Below are positions 38,501 to 43,604 of a DNA stretch of 64,000 nucleotides, one piece after another. Position 1 is the first letter of the stretch, and every line of letters begins with the position of its first letter. Source of the stretch: an uncultured virus (IMG/VR IMGVR_UViG_3300030333_001711). Its lineage: Duplodnaviria; Heunggongvirae; Uroviricota; Caudoviricetes. The notes under the pieces were generated by a model. It did not search any database, was not told where the DNA came from, and saw only the letters and a list, made by a program, of their open reading frames with translations. The stretch lies in IMG/VR virus record IMGVR_UViG_3300030333_001711; one strand, given 5' to 3'. Position numbers and translations under genes: made by a program.

Positions 38501-38615
38501 TATCACATCTAACGGTGCAATCCCTGTTCTATCAACTGCTGCTGTTCTTACCGTCAACATCGGTGCAACAACACTCAGTTCCTTCACACCTACCCAAATC
38601 TTTGACGACGACTAA
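17529..38615 (+). CDS. gp7: giant multidomain baseplate wedge initiator-like protein (gp7-like), 7028 aa
   Basis: Between gp6 and gp8; N-terminal QIPAFI.E....FV..L.QYY and IKDFY.SKGT..A..YLFKILF; IQDSYFYQNFSYVIKS...HPVG; also YHYH-like, beta-propeller, LamG-like, Ig-like and many GSGY repeats. Confidence 0.75.
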   Translation: MKSVKVSQRLQDQIPAFIKEEDQSFVDLLVQYYKSQEKSGKPYDILNNILSYTDISSDEYDPNFISSSSIVLDRIGATDQNITVETVDNFLEKDGTIKIDNEIIFYEETTKSPEVVFTPGVNKLEFDKKIQELENIRPLFDGTETSFQLKLLGTPITPSSVEYLRVIINGLQLEPNVDYFLDGSNIRFQTPPANLAGSTTVTKIEYLIGYTSVPVRVLDVINITDDLVGAKILPLRLNTVVYTPLSTVSCLIAVNGVVQEPFTDYTVYNDHLILKKAVSLNDKITVRSVELIAPQFGKGASAIARVSDNKVTDLIVKNGGQDYRINFTPKVTILTPEGVTGKEATAEALVNGIKNVQLIDGGQGYTSANPPVVVFDTPADPSGSIAKATVTVDDATGQVTGINVQSSGSGYDTIPSISFTNAAGATISDAQIDSEGKVVDGSIQVLTKGLHYTTAPEVYIDAPVDPIGIRASAIAVLDDQSRVDRIEMISPGRGYVTPPRCRIIDPIGAQILDVKVSGGKLTDIQLLTGGSGYNDAPSVYIVDNRKNLSGEAIGGTGATAVATIFNGEITDINITSFGDGYSDTEPPQVFIASPKAAAASCDVGFQEITGFTVHSHGSEYQPSQFKNCKRGVSGVSSYDIRGNQVFTNEAQSIQSSHEVGTSIENLDSLFAKTLYERFVNQFLPDADIDYTTINAPQIVKTIKDFYVSKGTKTATEYLFKILFSENVDVSYPKDELIKPSAATWSVDTIIRVELISGNPVDILDSQLFQYADAVDTTVGNAVCLVENVIAINTGDRTIYELSISEETLEGKFSIPYKTTLVEPLTTTESIITVDSTIGWPERNGIIIMGDSERIQYKEKSLNQFIECTRSKNGIVEDWDSGTPIYSDIFCYINRGLDTEVKLRVLGIAEATGTVLTDTGSYYLPSDKLNVASLGSSSTDQRVTSWLYNVKKLISVNNIEPGGLNNQTATVYTTNNHGLLVGDSVTIYGANPTIFNGTFSVTSRISATVFSYQISAPAPNSPQGNILMSVDLNKGKSDEESINNSIAQFTTNVQNTFFNSNYSYIATTGIPNYKVGPFIGSALLPGNQRKLSRFPRIVDTVSRRDDLSFGPIGCWVNGVAVWSYKSQIKTKFGGITSFDIVDAGEGYDAASKPLIEISGGGGSGAAASVVVNGSLFNVDVTAGGSGYTSSPLVSIVGGGGFGATATAVITNGVVSKVLVETPGQGYTSAPTVSISGGNGTGATATAEVRGPIQSISVDTAGSSYTTAPNIKLNSGEGAVAQPIIINGRIVSIAIINSGSGYTSPPNVIINGDGYGAIAKATIGTFGEDKGRVLSITVENRGIGYSTGLTTIRCESIGQGASFTANVFEWTQNLETELSGLMDPSRGYVFAGYNTQYGGEYAHLSDPKQLRYVLGDNVFKDPSSGNLRELSAGLRHSPIIGWAFDGNPIYGPYGYIDAADQSSGIKRCVSSYRVKPALLFDSATNPNPVRADGPLLSDKPAGTYIEDYEYVFQAGDLDQYNGRYCKTPEYPEGTYAYFVSIDASEAGLPVFPYVCGPQLYSRPDEWNYSQDAVQTNIPLDVVRFRDPYEDVDIDIQRTPNQDTDTLVTEIGDEFIFEIEDTNRDGVISTEEENELNYISEEPVLQLFDYYPSVSTRSQVDIEIDTTTKFEDAKISGFVVENPGISYKVNDKLFFDDTGTGGYGASAKVNAVKGIDVSQYTSSMVNDSPLAKITTTGEHDLRVNDEIIVDSIPIIDQTNKTFRVKVVSGVETVNISQQGLGYNDDIPPTYEIVTGTGQDFKLELVQLESGAVNTVNIINSGSEYTPSNPPEVRVSHPQRYKKANYALTLLDESSGIEKIVKLKDIVTADDRTFYVVGEADDVDGDSAGLLAKFNSDGRLLWTRTMAPLQPAAGDKRCVFNRIYLENTSPHSIYVVGETIPNNVNLSYNPDLVVAKYTSGFDAQNNPTAVPVWQREIAGISGSSRRDYISSLTIDDNGQIYVGGTTDTNSPNPDDMWIALLDEQGAIKEKRKICTASGSEQLTDLKFTSDNTCIFVGVNDPAGTSEIIIGETNYDNVTINVSWSRQFGNTGYRFSNPKITIDDYGSRYVTATAYQISNTKNTGVLYMKFAPSDYKTPSVVKLLSPTGVFEDIQSTGVKFDIFGNIDVGAYVKYAFNDHRAIIFKISWNTSNILTAASVKQVSGIGFQPTTISNDNSGDTIIAGNKIESNELAILNFESTITGDETYNNTLTAGWSVDPTLDTSKWKYGAQSANISAAANRLSLDWGADVATNYTIEAWIAIGQAQYNAQSSTPNIFDVAPTTGDNAVVELEGDATSPDFGKVRLKLGSNTYLSTTTTNWTTFNNEAFIHVALVKSTPGVGTYVYKVFINGVEQIDVTSTTIDTQLKSILLFGKSSPVVASSIGGWVDNISVSGIAKYSDTFTPAQAVGSNKTVSAFCYKLDREQTKTGTYTLNTVQTGMQIQVAAAVNDFTFNTQVITSGDWTLGPAGLQILDYADVVSNNVEGTYSFTSTDQIYETRTATIPTPLGRKLLLSTTVIPKFYIRDAIYQSIDTVKTVTFNQTANFTKGSILQQYSVIGGQDVVSAYGTIVNVRGAQGQVDIGNIIGNFDTTKKLKSTANDVNLINQTFLVETTIPQWFTNFSYTTGDEVYNAGKIYTAGSTGVSGASAPIHTIGTVTDGNINWVYTRDAGSFNIDLANTSYSSGTLNQFGSWRPFVATDYSIRIEAVYEGSAFIKGDNIDADAVGLSATFDATGKIITISGLVGVKKFHLTSNLDKDIIPTGALAFTDLVFCVSTSRHNFTQNEIIFVEGFTTTEYGGSFFVEEVLDSRRFLYRLRSTAVQDPSFTSSTIASVNIYAKHPQLLFVRKHQYIFDLDDPSNFGYYMSFSKDNQYKLEYPFVNIVREGIPGLTDQTSPKPLVKFIVDEDVTNISYYFDPSRTLPSNSPVGEASFIDVIETPYKGTFNINQILSDTEFTFPLLVEPEKTTAPLGTTETGLTRASYSTTSLKAIGPIASIKLVNPGGFYQKLPIVTDISSDREIEKIRIISGGTEYINGIYYNVPIAGDGEGGLCNITVADDGELTGVITAVELTSPGKGYTTASIDIDTIPGILGSLLQGSGGQLDVVIPAEGSGASVFLQGTSIGKIKKLKNNEFGFGYSHDYTLRPEITFPVNLQLFNTAILSEIKVTDPGSGYTSIPRVVIEGGGGSGAEAEAIVKNNRLSEIIIKNPGSGYSSEPSVTLKSEFNYVVNLDLGYLQFNFPHGITTGAAVQLRAEDLGSTVGVLPKPSSAGLVSLSSTTTYYAIAGEANSLEADQLRIALTQVDAESGNFITFLTQGDGRQILLTEVFGGQATAIVQTSRFLKGELVYQGSSLETATATGYVSDNEGWQIGPRILKLENYNGNWTVGERVTAQVSRASGLIDNLSIARGTLNIDSMTTTTGQFIDDIGKPSEIVQKIQDSYFYQNFSYVIKSQTPINEWRKSILETNHPVGFNMFGELALAAGKDISGRKVVSDLVKEVNIFSATNINQITSFANSQPIYTEFNNTEVLFRQRRLTNSEEILTSIVKKLDNIDNDFNGVKTQFPLTVEGESVTATDDQLLILINGVAQSPGTAFTTSGPSVVFSEPPKAPSRIKFRNLTFSQINIIRYTFSTTSGIFPQTGKPVRSLQNEGTATVIDSGVDYIDVIDVEGTFQIGDNVLASSSGFDGTLSAVTGLTSKTIYEQGERITNLQGDFAIIEENNLRDGVVDARLVVSRTSGTSEFETGDFNIKFNDTIYSAASKIAARVTVIAPYTDDVSQQIIDTVDLSPPSSFFGLIFQRVPSITYPNTILDNISETVINPEELYEEGTANNQDFLDFEEVRNQEIRYNYLSGSQFVAGDSIRNKQIYYDNASLVGVDDQRSFDAAVLIRKNARFIAEEAVGLMKAFFPSFVVPSLGGDRDCEDDIVDILNIVAYQLEVDGNSEIWDAASTYVQGNAIYHVDGEVAQTIYAFNKARDLAIQCIRNEVINTTTTNLPQYRDPTITEEFAVISNSHGDARDLILANKWFIAYEALHYAKTQNPGYNVSGGDVHCLSDIVDVLEAMVYNLAHGGNNFVYKATKKTLQYGVTSGDRDTIVDAFTKARDIAIEVMRNNAWTKAGSHNWNQVTDTSITADPANPTCQAVASAITTLMNILITNLGSTASPGTVAAFEAAVTETAPSGAYAGYTNSCVNQANAITSYMRIITDTLEDPTGGTPATYQWAITNVPRVLPPYAFVDGETLRCAKHAYRDKSSGGFFVFGDTVRAVTSGATYDVIGSNAGNKWIFSKQISGVLQAGEYITNSKLTYANVSQDKLTFKTDSGSLRFTGSGSYATFPSSNAVLFGDGADAATGDYTMELWIRPASVTGTQRLIDLRESSSDTKLGILMSGQSLRLSIGASDVITVSSAITTINNWYHIAVSRSTSVTKLFVNGQQMGTYTDTNNYNANSKITVGAGWNNGNPFNGWIDNLIIRKGISQYNSSFTPPIIFNDSTDVSFALLGEAPFPMEQSAVYATYVNHIISTATADEVELWRSELTTEGVDLSREEYRICAEVIRKNIDYIAEEAVGRLKYRYPDFVIPGDGGMSGYGSNVCLRDTKSYIIPAIIDDLISGGNFQTTIVGRAYIEGSGALQHIGGEQLQSIYTWREVAKLCIDVITLDEADLEGTYSTKVRVPNYFASPASSQIQTDIMTLVDDLLDVIGPTGHRFRDGADLIYFNRKAIADEAVYYIENKYQVQVGFSTVNKLTIPNRAKCVRDIRDHILPAIAGDLVTGGNFETQAMIDSYLDNETNINYIEDELLAMIDAIEYAKKLAQKAIQGLLIGRNENPAQVAADFSDYYQMLYTDESVYRDDTITIDPKAYTGSDRDLDAANLLQQNAKTIAGEAVDILTKTSFAQSKKFRVPGGKVNCEDDIVDIIESVAHDLRFGGNSETYDAAALYLNTDLALSHVTNQSDETIYAFKLARDMSILTIRNRLGFTPYESEAATGGLGQAIQRPDYYNNATTNGYYDAANEIENNIRFIATTAVGRGMSQYPNLAFSGGYNYQSCVDDVVDLLEALVFNLKHGGNNRMWYSSEFYITVGNAIQHISNQAAEVKYIFEQARDIAIQIMRQQIVTINGVTEGSAIYDSSITIDGTNTTVGNLTPTNVEYFPTTGNLRLTVNGHNLTTSDSIQLAQNSLTFTCDFDGNATNHTYPRPLDPSSGALLPVTAFTTNTFTVNVGTTANGTHDVTDAIYEEATGNLFLDIGTNNLNVGRHIKFSQDYAITFTCTKDGNTTNHAYPRPTDYASGKSLEVLEISDSAFTATGATYSPTTGAMTLTVPQHGFSNGDQIRLVNNSLNFTCTMDNNYSVHSYPRASDPASNQYLTISNVATNTFDVNVGSTNTLNYTPSNVVYSPTTGDMVITIGNHSLVPGSHIKIADNSLIFTCLEDNNATEHSYPRTTTTIHQSTAAVYEPTTGMMQLTVPQHGFANGDQIKIATDSLTFTCGQDNNQTNHTYPRATDPAANSWLEISDVTANTFKVQVLLSTGIPSTNTTPHTYVSSATNNITWKKDRAYDVPLEVKAVGQTTITVNVLASGRIPSTNVTTHTFVNAATNAISAGGNYTHTFISAAPGGVRFKNGRIKVNVNPAPTNEQYPHTFVSAVSGAVSYGGNHPHNFVSANTNAITFIIGGGGVRCVNEAASITTLMGIPINLFDSSNTSNPTAYLNGITRTLPLEWPLTGERAIRRDVSITYDSAGNGNCTTQSSAINTLWEILINTIDTAAQGNGSHLATITRTAPVTNNTVYKGGTCYDVTSAAHVLFKTLLHGLGSGTEMYKQSARLLIYNDTYTRLESYEKTLNQYPGYAGDASFAEPIQKAIVYDFITNGNARTLQLVNSWFDADGNFVAYPTLFRTRLLYHARMIKELMDHILKGTAPDPGVNANQPLYSLDGTNPDRELRPTATASHKLHQLFHLILTALQYSQFPTTYLRTQFDAGVAVYDGVINVANNFEPYDRVAYIVLGSNIPELDGTTYYVHPNSTSNKIVLTEYIDGEPIYLSPGLASQLHTLAVEVDPGVDRVPTTYGTRDVPTPIKAGFNLADVIYGGTSGATAQIVRMEDNLADIMYQAKYMTCNTFSAQGGGTGIKIQNGETVVVQGATQNTGKVLATDNETYIKLIDYNGTFTAGDTIEGVTSGGTCTFADEHDRLLVNFRQGEFIATDKFFSTDTGSKATALIVRNNNGALIDNQSGRITYDITTVTGEFKPQDVIYGSVTDQIIEIESFVTLPNFGEYVHGRQITRLTYVQLITDTGVTDTFNVGDVLQVQSGGISIGWTVTVTEIDTNNNYVFVANETGTPEGVTISDIASNSQYQLAKVPVGTLFPSVYTGVAAVTITDTTAYGKIAKITQFGTRAVLHLEGTSGTFQKNSQIIGDNGFKGACSSARSLRGRVRRFFRGFDGVQKAFKLTQGNGTQYFPDPAGHMMIFVNGILQPPGADYAFTAFSDNIQFTEAPAIGSTFHGVYKGKLRQLDDISFDFDSLRNSFNLKLNGVFYSLTLTDGVQSNTILPENNIICQLNGVIQEPGIGFEIVGSRIIFSEVPRAGSTFVAFSYVGSDVDVIAATVVPPIEAGDELIIDGEEETRTVALIESSNSLITFEYGGAVKGRNASALAEIEKGRITNAILTNSGDGYSTRPQVDVISSTGFGGRIKALVGVARIDVKNAGQGYSLPTIVANTTVADDFLGPTGPALNGGIDIYDPNFIPVTGGTGVIENFITITESPRNITVNQGQTATFQVAAKVTISNVVAYQINVADKSVNHPYYGQGSGKGYNFTGGQFNSSTEAPTLVFVRGATYQFNQNDVTNATHALYFSEDATAYGGNSRYETGVVYRLNGNQVADYATYAAGFNAATTRSVSITVAADAPATLNYVCGNHQYMGSAINVNNGTLSYQWQKKDYGTSSWNNITGAISSTYTTAATTQADTNDEYRVGITSNGAIPVLSTAAVLTVNIGATTLSSFTPTQIFDDD
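29265..32960 (+). repeat. six phycobiliprotein-like helical repeats within the giant protein
   Basis: DAA.L...N..FIA.EAV....P.....C..D....I....L..GGN repeats with Cys codons at 29388, 29778, 31395, 31875, 32340 and 32754. Confidence 0.7.
33036..34613 (+). repeat. five nested beta-domain repeats
   Basis: Y.PTTG...FTC..D.N...H.YPR five times, followed by five H.(F/Y)(V/I)-type closing strands. Confidence 0.8.
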
Positions 38616-38618
38616 ATA
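38611..38618 (+). promoter_or_regulatory. T4-type late promoter
   Basis: ACTAAATA just upstream of ATG 38624. Confidence 0.55.
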
Positions 38619-38623
38619 CTCTT

Positions 38624-39991
38624 ATGGCAGCAAATGGATCCTATAATAGTAGCAATAATGTCCTAACAGTAACTGGCGATGGTTTGCCATCTCCAGTGAA
38701 CTCAGGAACTTTTCCTAATGCTAACAATTCAAACACAATTACATCATATGCTTTCAACCACAACTTTGTTTACAGAGGTGGATCAAACACGTCTGATTCT
38801 GGGGTTGTCGGTTTGGGTGCTATTGGTATTGCTGCAAACGGTGTCGTCTTCTTTAATCCTAGTGCAGGAACTGATGGGTCGCCCCCGTCAGGATTTTCCT
38901 ACGTGGCAGCGGGTATTGGTTCTGCTGTTAATTATGGAGAAGATAGTTGTGGTGGGTATCCTGAGTCAAGTGGTCAGTACCGTTATAACGACAGCGACTT
39001 CATAGATTGTTGGAATGCCAATCAAGTGATGGCAGGATATAATGATTACTATGGTTCATCTCAATATAATGGTGATAATATTAGACACCCTGATGGTCAC
39101 TCTAAGATAATAGGTTATAGTTTTGATGGTTATCCTGTGTATGGTCCTTATGGATATACAGATGCTAATGATAACACTACACCTGTAATCAGAATGTCTT
39201 CTGGATGGACAGTAAGAACTCAAGAAGCACCTGGAAGACCTGCATATGATACAACATACCCCGCAGGTGTGTTTATGGAAGATTATGAATATACTGGTGG
39301 AACAGGAAAGTTAGATACACATAACGGTAGACATTGTGTAACACCTGAGTATCCTAGTGGTACTTTTGCATACTTTCTTACTGAAGATAATTCTGGAAAT
39401 CCAGTATTTCCTTTTATGATGGGTTTGACCTCGAAAGAGGCAATGGTAGTACCTGCCAATGATGGTTTTACACAAACTGCACCACCTACTGATGATGGTG
39501 GCGATACTCCCGATCAACCCCCTACTCTTGTAATTACAAATCAACCAACAAACGCTACTATTCAAAGTGGAAACCTTCAACAGTTTAGTTTGTTAGCAGA
39601 AATACAACCACAAAATGATACTATTGCATATCAGTGGCAAGTATCAACAGATGGTGGATTTGCTTGGTCTAACTTAACTGGTAATACATCAGCAACACTG
39701 AATATAAATGCTCAACCATTTATGACAGGTTATCGTTATAGATGTGTGTTGACTGGTCCAGTTGGTGCATCTACTCAAGCACAAAACTCACCTTTAATAA
39801 GTAATTTGGCGATCCTTACTGTAACAGGTAGTGGAACGACTATAGATTATGCCAGTATCCTCAAATTTGACAGTGGTATTGGAAAATACGATATGACTCC
39901 AGTTAATTTTGACAGGGATAATAACAACCCTGACTTTACTATACAGAATTTTACACTGGATAATTCGACAACTTCCTTCGATATGACATAA
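38624..39991 (+). CDS. YHYH-like domain plus Ig-like virion protein
   Basis: LGAIGIAANGVVFFNP, HSKIIGYSFDGYPVYGPYGY, LDTHNGR...TPEYP.GT.AYF; C-terminal ITNQP...YQWQ...YRC Ig fold. Confidence 0.8.
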   Translation: MAANGSYNSSNNVLTVTGDGLPSPVNSGTFPNANNSNTITSYAFNHNFVYRGGSNTSDSGVVGLGAIGIAANGVVFFNPSAGTDGSPPSGFSYVAAGIGSAVNYGEDSCGGYPESSGQYRYNDSDFIDCWNANQVMAGYNDYYGSSQYNGDNIRHPDGHSKIIGYSFDGYPVYGPYGYTDANDNTTPVIRMSSGWTVRTQEAPGRPAYDTTYPAGVFMEDYEYTGGTGKLDTHNGRHCVTPEYPSGTFAYFLTEDNSGNPVFPFMMGLTSKEAMVVPANDGFTQTAPPTDDGGDTPDQPPTLVITNQPTNATIQSGNLQQFSLLAEIQPQNDTIAYQWQVSTDGGFAWSNLTGNTSATLNINAQPFMTGYRYRCVLTGPVGASTQAQNSPLISNLAILTVTGSGTTIDYASILKFDSGIGKYDMTPVNFDRDNNNPDFTIQNFTLDNSTTSFDMT

Positions 39992-39994
39992 ATA
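39987..39994 (+). promoter_or_regulatory. T4-type late promoter
   Basis: CATAAATA upstream of ATG 40019. Confidence 0.6.
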
Positions 39995-40018
39995 AAACTG
40001 TAGAAAAAACCCCCTACT

Positions 40019-41698
40019 ATGGCTAAGCAGAATGTAAACGTCGGTGTATCGGCAAATGATGGTACAGGAGATACCCTCAGAGACGGTGCTATAAAACTTA
40101 ATAACGTAATTAACGAGTTATACACCCAACTTGGTGATAATACTAATTTGCAAGTTAGTATTGGATCACCATCAACAAACCAAGTCCTTAAATGGAATGG
40201 AACAGTATTTACAGAAGGAGATCTGGCATCATCTAATTTGACTGATGTTGACTTGACTGGTATTGGAAATGGTCAAGTACTAAAATGGAATACAGCAAAC
40301 TCAAGATTCCAACCTGGTGATGACTTACAAGGTAGTGGTGGCGGTGGGGGCAATGCCATTACTAACTTGACTAACAATGGTTCTAATAACGTTGTTATCT
40401 CAACTCATTTTCTACCAAACACCGACAACACATATGACTTAGGTAGTAACTCACTTAAGTTTAGGGATTTATATCTATCCAGTTCTACTATTTGGATGGA
40501 TGATACAGGTATTTCTATAGGATCTGATCAAGAAATTACTCGTAGAAAGAGAAAAGCACATACTGTTCATAGTATAGACACAGGTGCTACTCGTACTATT
40601 ACATCTAAATTAGCGTCAGAAAACTCTACAGAAGAAGAGGGTCTTCGTTTACGTTTTAGTGCGATGAAAGTAGGAACACCTCTAGAAATTGAGGATGTTA
40701 ATGGTAATAAAATTGAAGCAACATTTGCATCATTTACTGCTGAAGCAGGTGCTACTCGTGGTACTGTTACAGTTAGTGCTACAGGAACTGCTAACCAAAC
40801 ACAAGAACTAGCAGTATCTGGTGATATTAAGATTTCATCTAAAAATAAATTAATTACTGAACAAGAAGATGGTGCTGTAGATCTTGGTGCACAGAAACTA
40901 AAGTTTGGTTTTGGTGATATATCATTTGATACTGATGGTATTCTTGAACTTCCTGCTTCAAGTTCTATCCGTTTTGGTACTCCAGGTTCTGCTAAAGAAC
41001 TTAAGTTTGATGGAAACAACAATTTAGATTTACCTACAGGAACAGATATTCGTTTTGGTGGTGATGCTGCAAAGTCTATTAAGTTTGACGGATCTGGTAA
41101 TTTAGAAGTTCCAGAAAACTCTGAGATAAGATTTGGTAGTGGTGGTACTAAAAAAATATCGCTTGATGGAAGTAACAACTTAGTTCTTCCTACAGGAACT
41201 GAAATTCATATTGGTACCAAAAAAATTAAAATTGATACTAATGGTGAACTACAGGTTGCTAATGATGGTACAACTTTTGAAGACGTTGATAGAGGATTCA
41301 AACGTCAAGGTTCTAGTGCACCTGCGGGAGCAAGTGTTATTAAAGGATATAATAATGCAACTGTATATAAACCATCTCCAACAATTTTATATACATTCAG
41401 TGCAGTTGGACAATCAAACTATACAGTTAATGGACCTGGATTACCATCAGGAGGATCTACAGATCCTAATATAATTCTTTATCGTGGATTTACATACGAT
41501 TTTAATAATACTACTGGATCATCTCATCCACTAAGAATACAGTCTACAACTGGTCTTTCAGGAACTCCATATACTACAGGTATTACTGGATCACAAACTG
41601 CTATGCAGTCATTTACAGTTCCTTTTGATGCACCTACAACTTTATATTATCAATGCACAATCCACTCATCTATGAATGGAACTATAGAAATTAGGTAA
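40019..41698 (+). CDS. baseplate protein with gp9/gp10-like N-terminus and C-terminal cupredoxin-like domain
   Basis: MAKQNVNVG..ANDGTGDTLRDGAIKLN..INELY; internal 22-23-aa L.LP..S.IRFG repeats; C-terminal HP...YYQCTIHSSM. Confidence 0.8.
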   Translation: MAKQNVNVGVSANDGTGDTLRDGAIKLNNVINELYTQLGDNTNLQVSIGSPSTNQVLKWNGTVFTEGDLASSNLTDVDLTGIGNGQVLKWNTANSRFQPGDDLQGSGGGGGNAITNLTNNGSNNVVISTHFLPNTDNTYDLGSNSLKFRDLYLSSSTIWMDDTGISIGSDQEITRRKRKAHTVHSIDTGATRTITSKLASENSTEEEGLRLRFSAMKVGTPLEIEDVNGNKIEATFASFTAEAGATRGTVTVSATGTANQTQELAVSGDIKISSKNKLITEQEDGAVDLGAQKLKFGFGDISFDTDGILELPASSSIRFGTPGSAKELKFDGNNNLDLPTGTDIRFGGDAAKSIKFDGSGNLEVPENSEIRFGSGGTKKISLDGSNNLVLPTGTEIHIGTKKIKIDTNGELQVANDGTTFEDVDRGFKRQGSSAPAGASVIKGYNNATVYKPSPTILYTFSAVGQSNYTVNGPGLPSGGSTDPNIILYRGFTYDFNNTTGSSHPLRIQSTTGLSGTPYTTGITGSQTAMQSFTVPFDAPTTLYYQCTIHSSMNGTIEIR

Positions 41699-43569
41699 TG
41701 GCAAGAACAGTCCCAGGATCAGGAGCAGTTATTGAACCCATTTTTAACAGTACGTTCGGTATCAAGGACGTATTTGTTAATGATGGGGGTACTGGCTATG
41801 TGGCAGGGGACCCTCCAGAATTAAAAGTTGGAAATTGTGGAACACCATTAAGAGAAGCAATACTTGAACCTGTAATTACTAATGGTCAAATTGCTGCTGT
41901 AAAAGTATTAGATCCAGGTGAAGGATATGATCCTCTCAGGATTAAGATAAACACAAGTGGTAATGGTTATGGTGCTGCTGCAAAAGCAATATTATGGGAC
42001 GAAGATCAATATGCTCCTGATGGAACATTGACTGCACCCGCAGGTTCTCTTCAGTATATTCAGATGTTATCGAATGGGGATCAATATTTTAGTGATGCCA
42101 CAACTGCTGAAATAGATGGTGGAGGTGGTGCAGGTGCTGAACTTAGACCTGTTACTGGATTAATAACTGGTTTAGCATTAGAAGATACTGGATCTAACTA
42201 TGAAAATGGTGATATTAATATCATCGTATCTGGTGGAGGTGGACAAGGTGCTACTGGAGTTGCAGAGGTAGATGAATTTGGTATTGTTAAAGCAGTAAAT
42301 ATATCAAACGCAGGTGAATATTTCCAAACTCCTCCTGTTATATTACTCAACGGTGGTGGTGGAGGTGGTGCCAGAGCAATCGCTACTGTAGATTTAGGTT
42401 CAATAGTTTCTATTGATGTTTTAGATCCTGGTGGTGGTTTCTCATCAGAACCCCAAGTTCTTTTTACTAGAAATACAGATTTAGTCAAAAGGTCTAGAAA
42501 TAGACAAGCATTTAACTCATTTTTATATAATTTAACTGGTCTTATTAATAATGTAAGTATTTCCGATCAAACAATATTTGTTGAGACTACTGCACCTTAT
42601 CCTGGATCAGGAAAAATATTAATTGGAAGTGAAGTTATCAGATATACTGGTAAAACTCCTACATCTTTTGTTGGTTGTGACCGTGCTGTTAATTTTAGAT
42701 ATGATCAAAAAGTAACCCTAGATACTCTTGCTGATGATAATGATGGTGTTAGTCAATATAAATTTAATGTAGGTGATCGTGTTATAAGAACATCTGAAAG
42801 TTCAAGTAACAAAATTGCTCGTGTATATGACTGGAGACCTGAGATTAATGCACTATATTTGGTATTTGAAGTTGATAAACTAGCATTCATTGATGGTGGA
42901 TCATCAAATACTATATCTCAAGTTATTGATTTTGTTGGTGGTGTTGCATCATCTAGTGCTACTGGTGTTGAACCACACGTATTAGTTGATTCTATAGGTG
43001 ATACTATCGTTCAGTTAACAGATCCTATTGGTCTAATACAAGATAAAAAATTTGAAGATGATGACGAATTACAAGGAGCAGGAGATGGTATTCCTGATCT
43101 AGTAAATACTAATACAGAATTTGCAAATGCTATCAGTCTTGATGGTGGTATTGCATCATCTCTATATGGTATTGAGGAAACATTAGGTGGACAAAACACT
43201 TCATTGTTCCAAGTTGGAGACCAAATGACAGATTCGTCTCTTCCTAATAGATCTCCTACTGTCTCAGTTGCAGGTGCTTTAGGTGATGGTGATTTGCATT
43301 TAGCAACTATTGAGTTTATCTTCCGTGTTATGAATAACACTAATGACTTTGTTCAAGGTGAAACCGTAACAGGAAGTTTAAGTGGAGTAACAGCAACAGT
43401 CCAATCTTGGGATGCGACTACAAAAAAACTTGTCTGTATAAATCCAGTTGCAAACTCAGGAAATTATCTTTGGAATAAGAATGAAAATATCACTGGAGGT
43501 ACGTCAGGTGCTATAGGTGTTATCCAATTTATAAATTATCCATCCTACATCAGAAACGAACCTGACTAA
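41698..43569 (+). CDS. virion structural protein
   Basis: 623 aa; repeated GGGG.GA.A / DPG.GY modules like those in the gp7-like protein. Confidence 0.75.
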   Translation: MARTVPGSGAVIEPIFNSTFGIKDVFVNDGGTGYVAGDPPELKVGNCGTPLREAILEPVITNGQIAAVKVLDPGEGYDPLRIKINTSGNGYGAAAKAILWDEDQYAPDGTLTAPAGSLQYIQMLSNGDQYFSDATTAEIDGGGGAGAELRPVTGLITGLALEDTGSNYENGDINIIVSGGGGQGATGVAEVDEFGIVKAVNISNAGEYFQTPPVILLNGGGGGGARAIATVDLGSIVSIDVLDPGGGFSSEPQVLFTRNTDLVKRSRNRQAFNSFLYNLTGLINNVSISDQTIFVETTAPYPGSGKILIGSEVIRYTGKTPTSFVGCDRAVNFRYDQKVTLDTLADDNDGVSQYKFNVGDRVIRTSESSSNKIARVYDWRPEINALYLVFEVDKLAFIDGGSSNTISQVIDFVGGVASSSATGVEPHVLVDSIGDTIVQLTDPIGLIQDKKFEDDDELQGAGDGIPDLVNTNTEFANAISLDGGIASSLYGIEETLGGQNTSLFQVGDQMTDSSLPNRSPTVSVAGALGDGDLHLATIEFIFRVMNNTNDFVQGETVTGSLSGVTATVQSWDATTKKLVCINPVANSGNYLWNKNENITGGTSGAIGVIQFINYPSYIRNEPD

Positions 43570-43574
43570 ACTAC

Positions 43575-43582
43575 TATAAATA
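43575..43582 (+). promoter_or_regulatory. T4-type late promoter
   Basis: Perfect TATAAATA upstream of gp8. Confidence 0.8.
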
Positions 43583-43604
43583 AAAGGAAGGTACATAGTA
43601 TCCA

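Noticed and set aside
37945..38646. 233-aa alternative-frame + ORF inside the giant gene
   Set aside because: Leu/Met-rich composition typical of the off-frame reading of NNT/NNA-biased codons; no frameshift signal recognised
40567..41178. 203-aa minus-strand ORF
   Set aside because: Antisense shadow of the gp9-like gene's repeats
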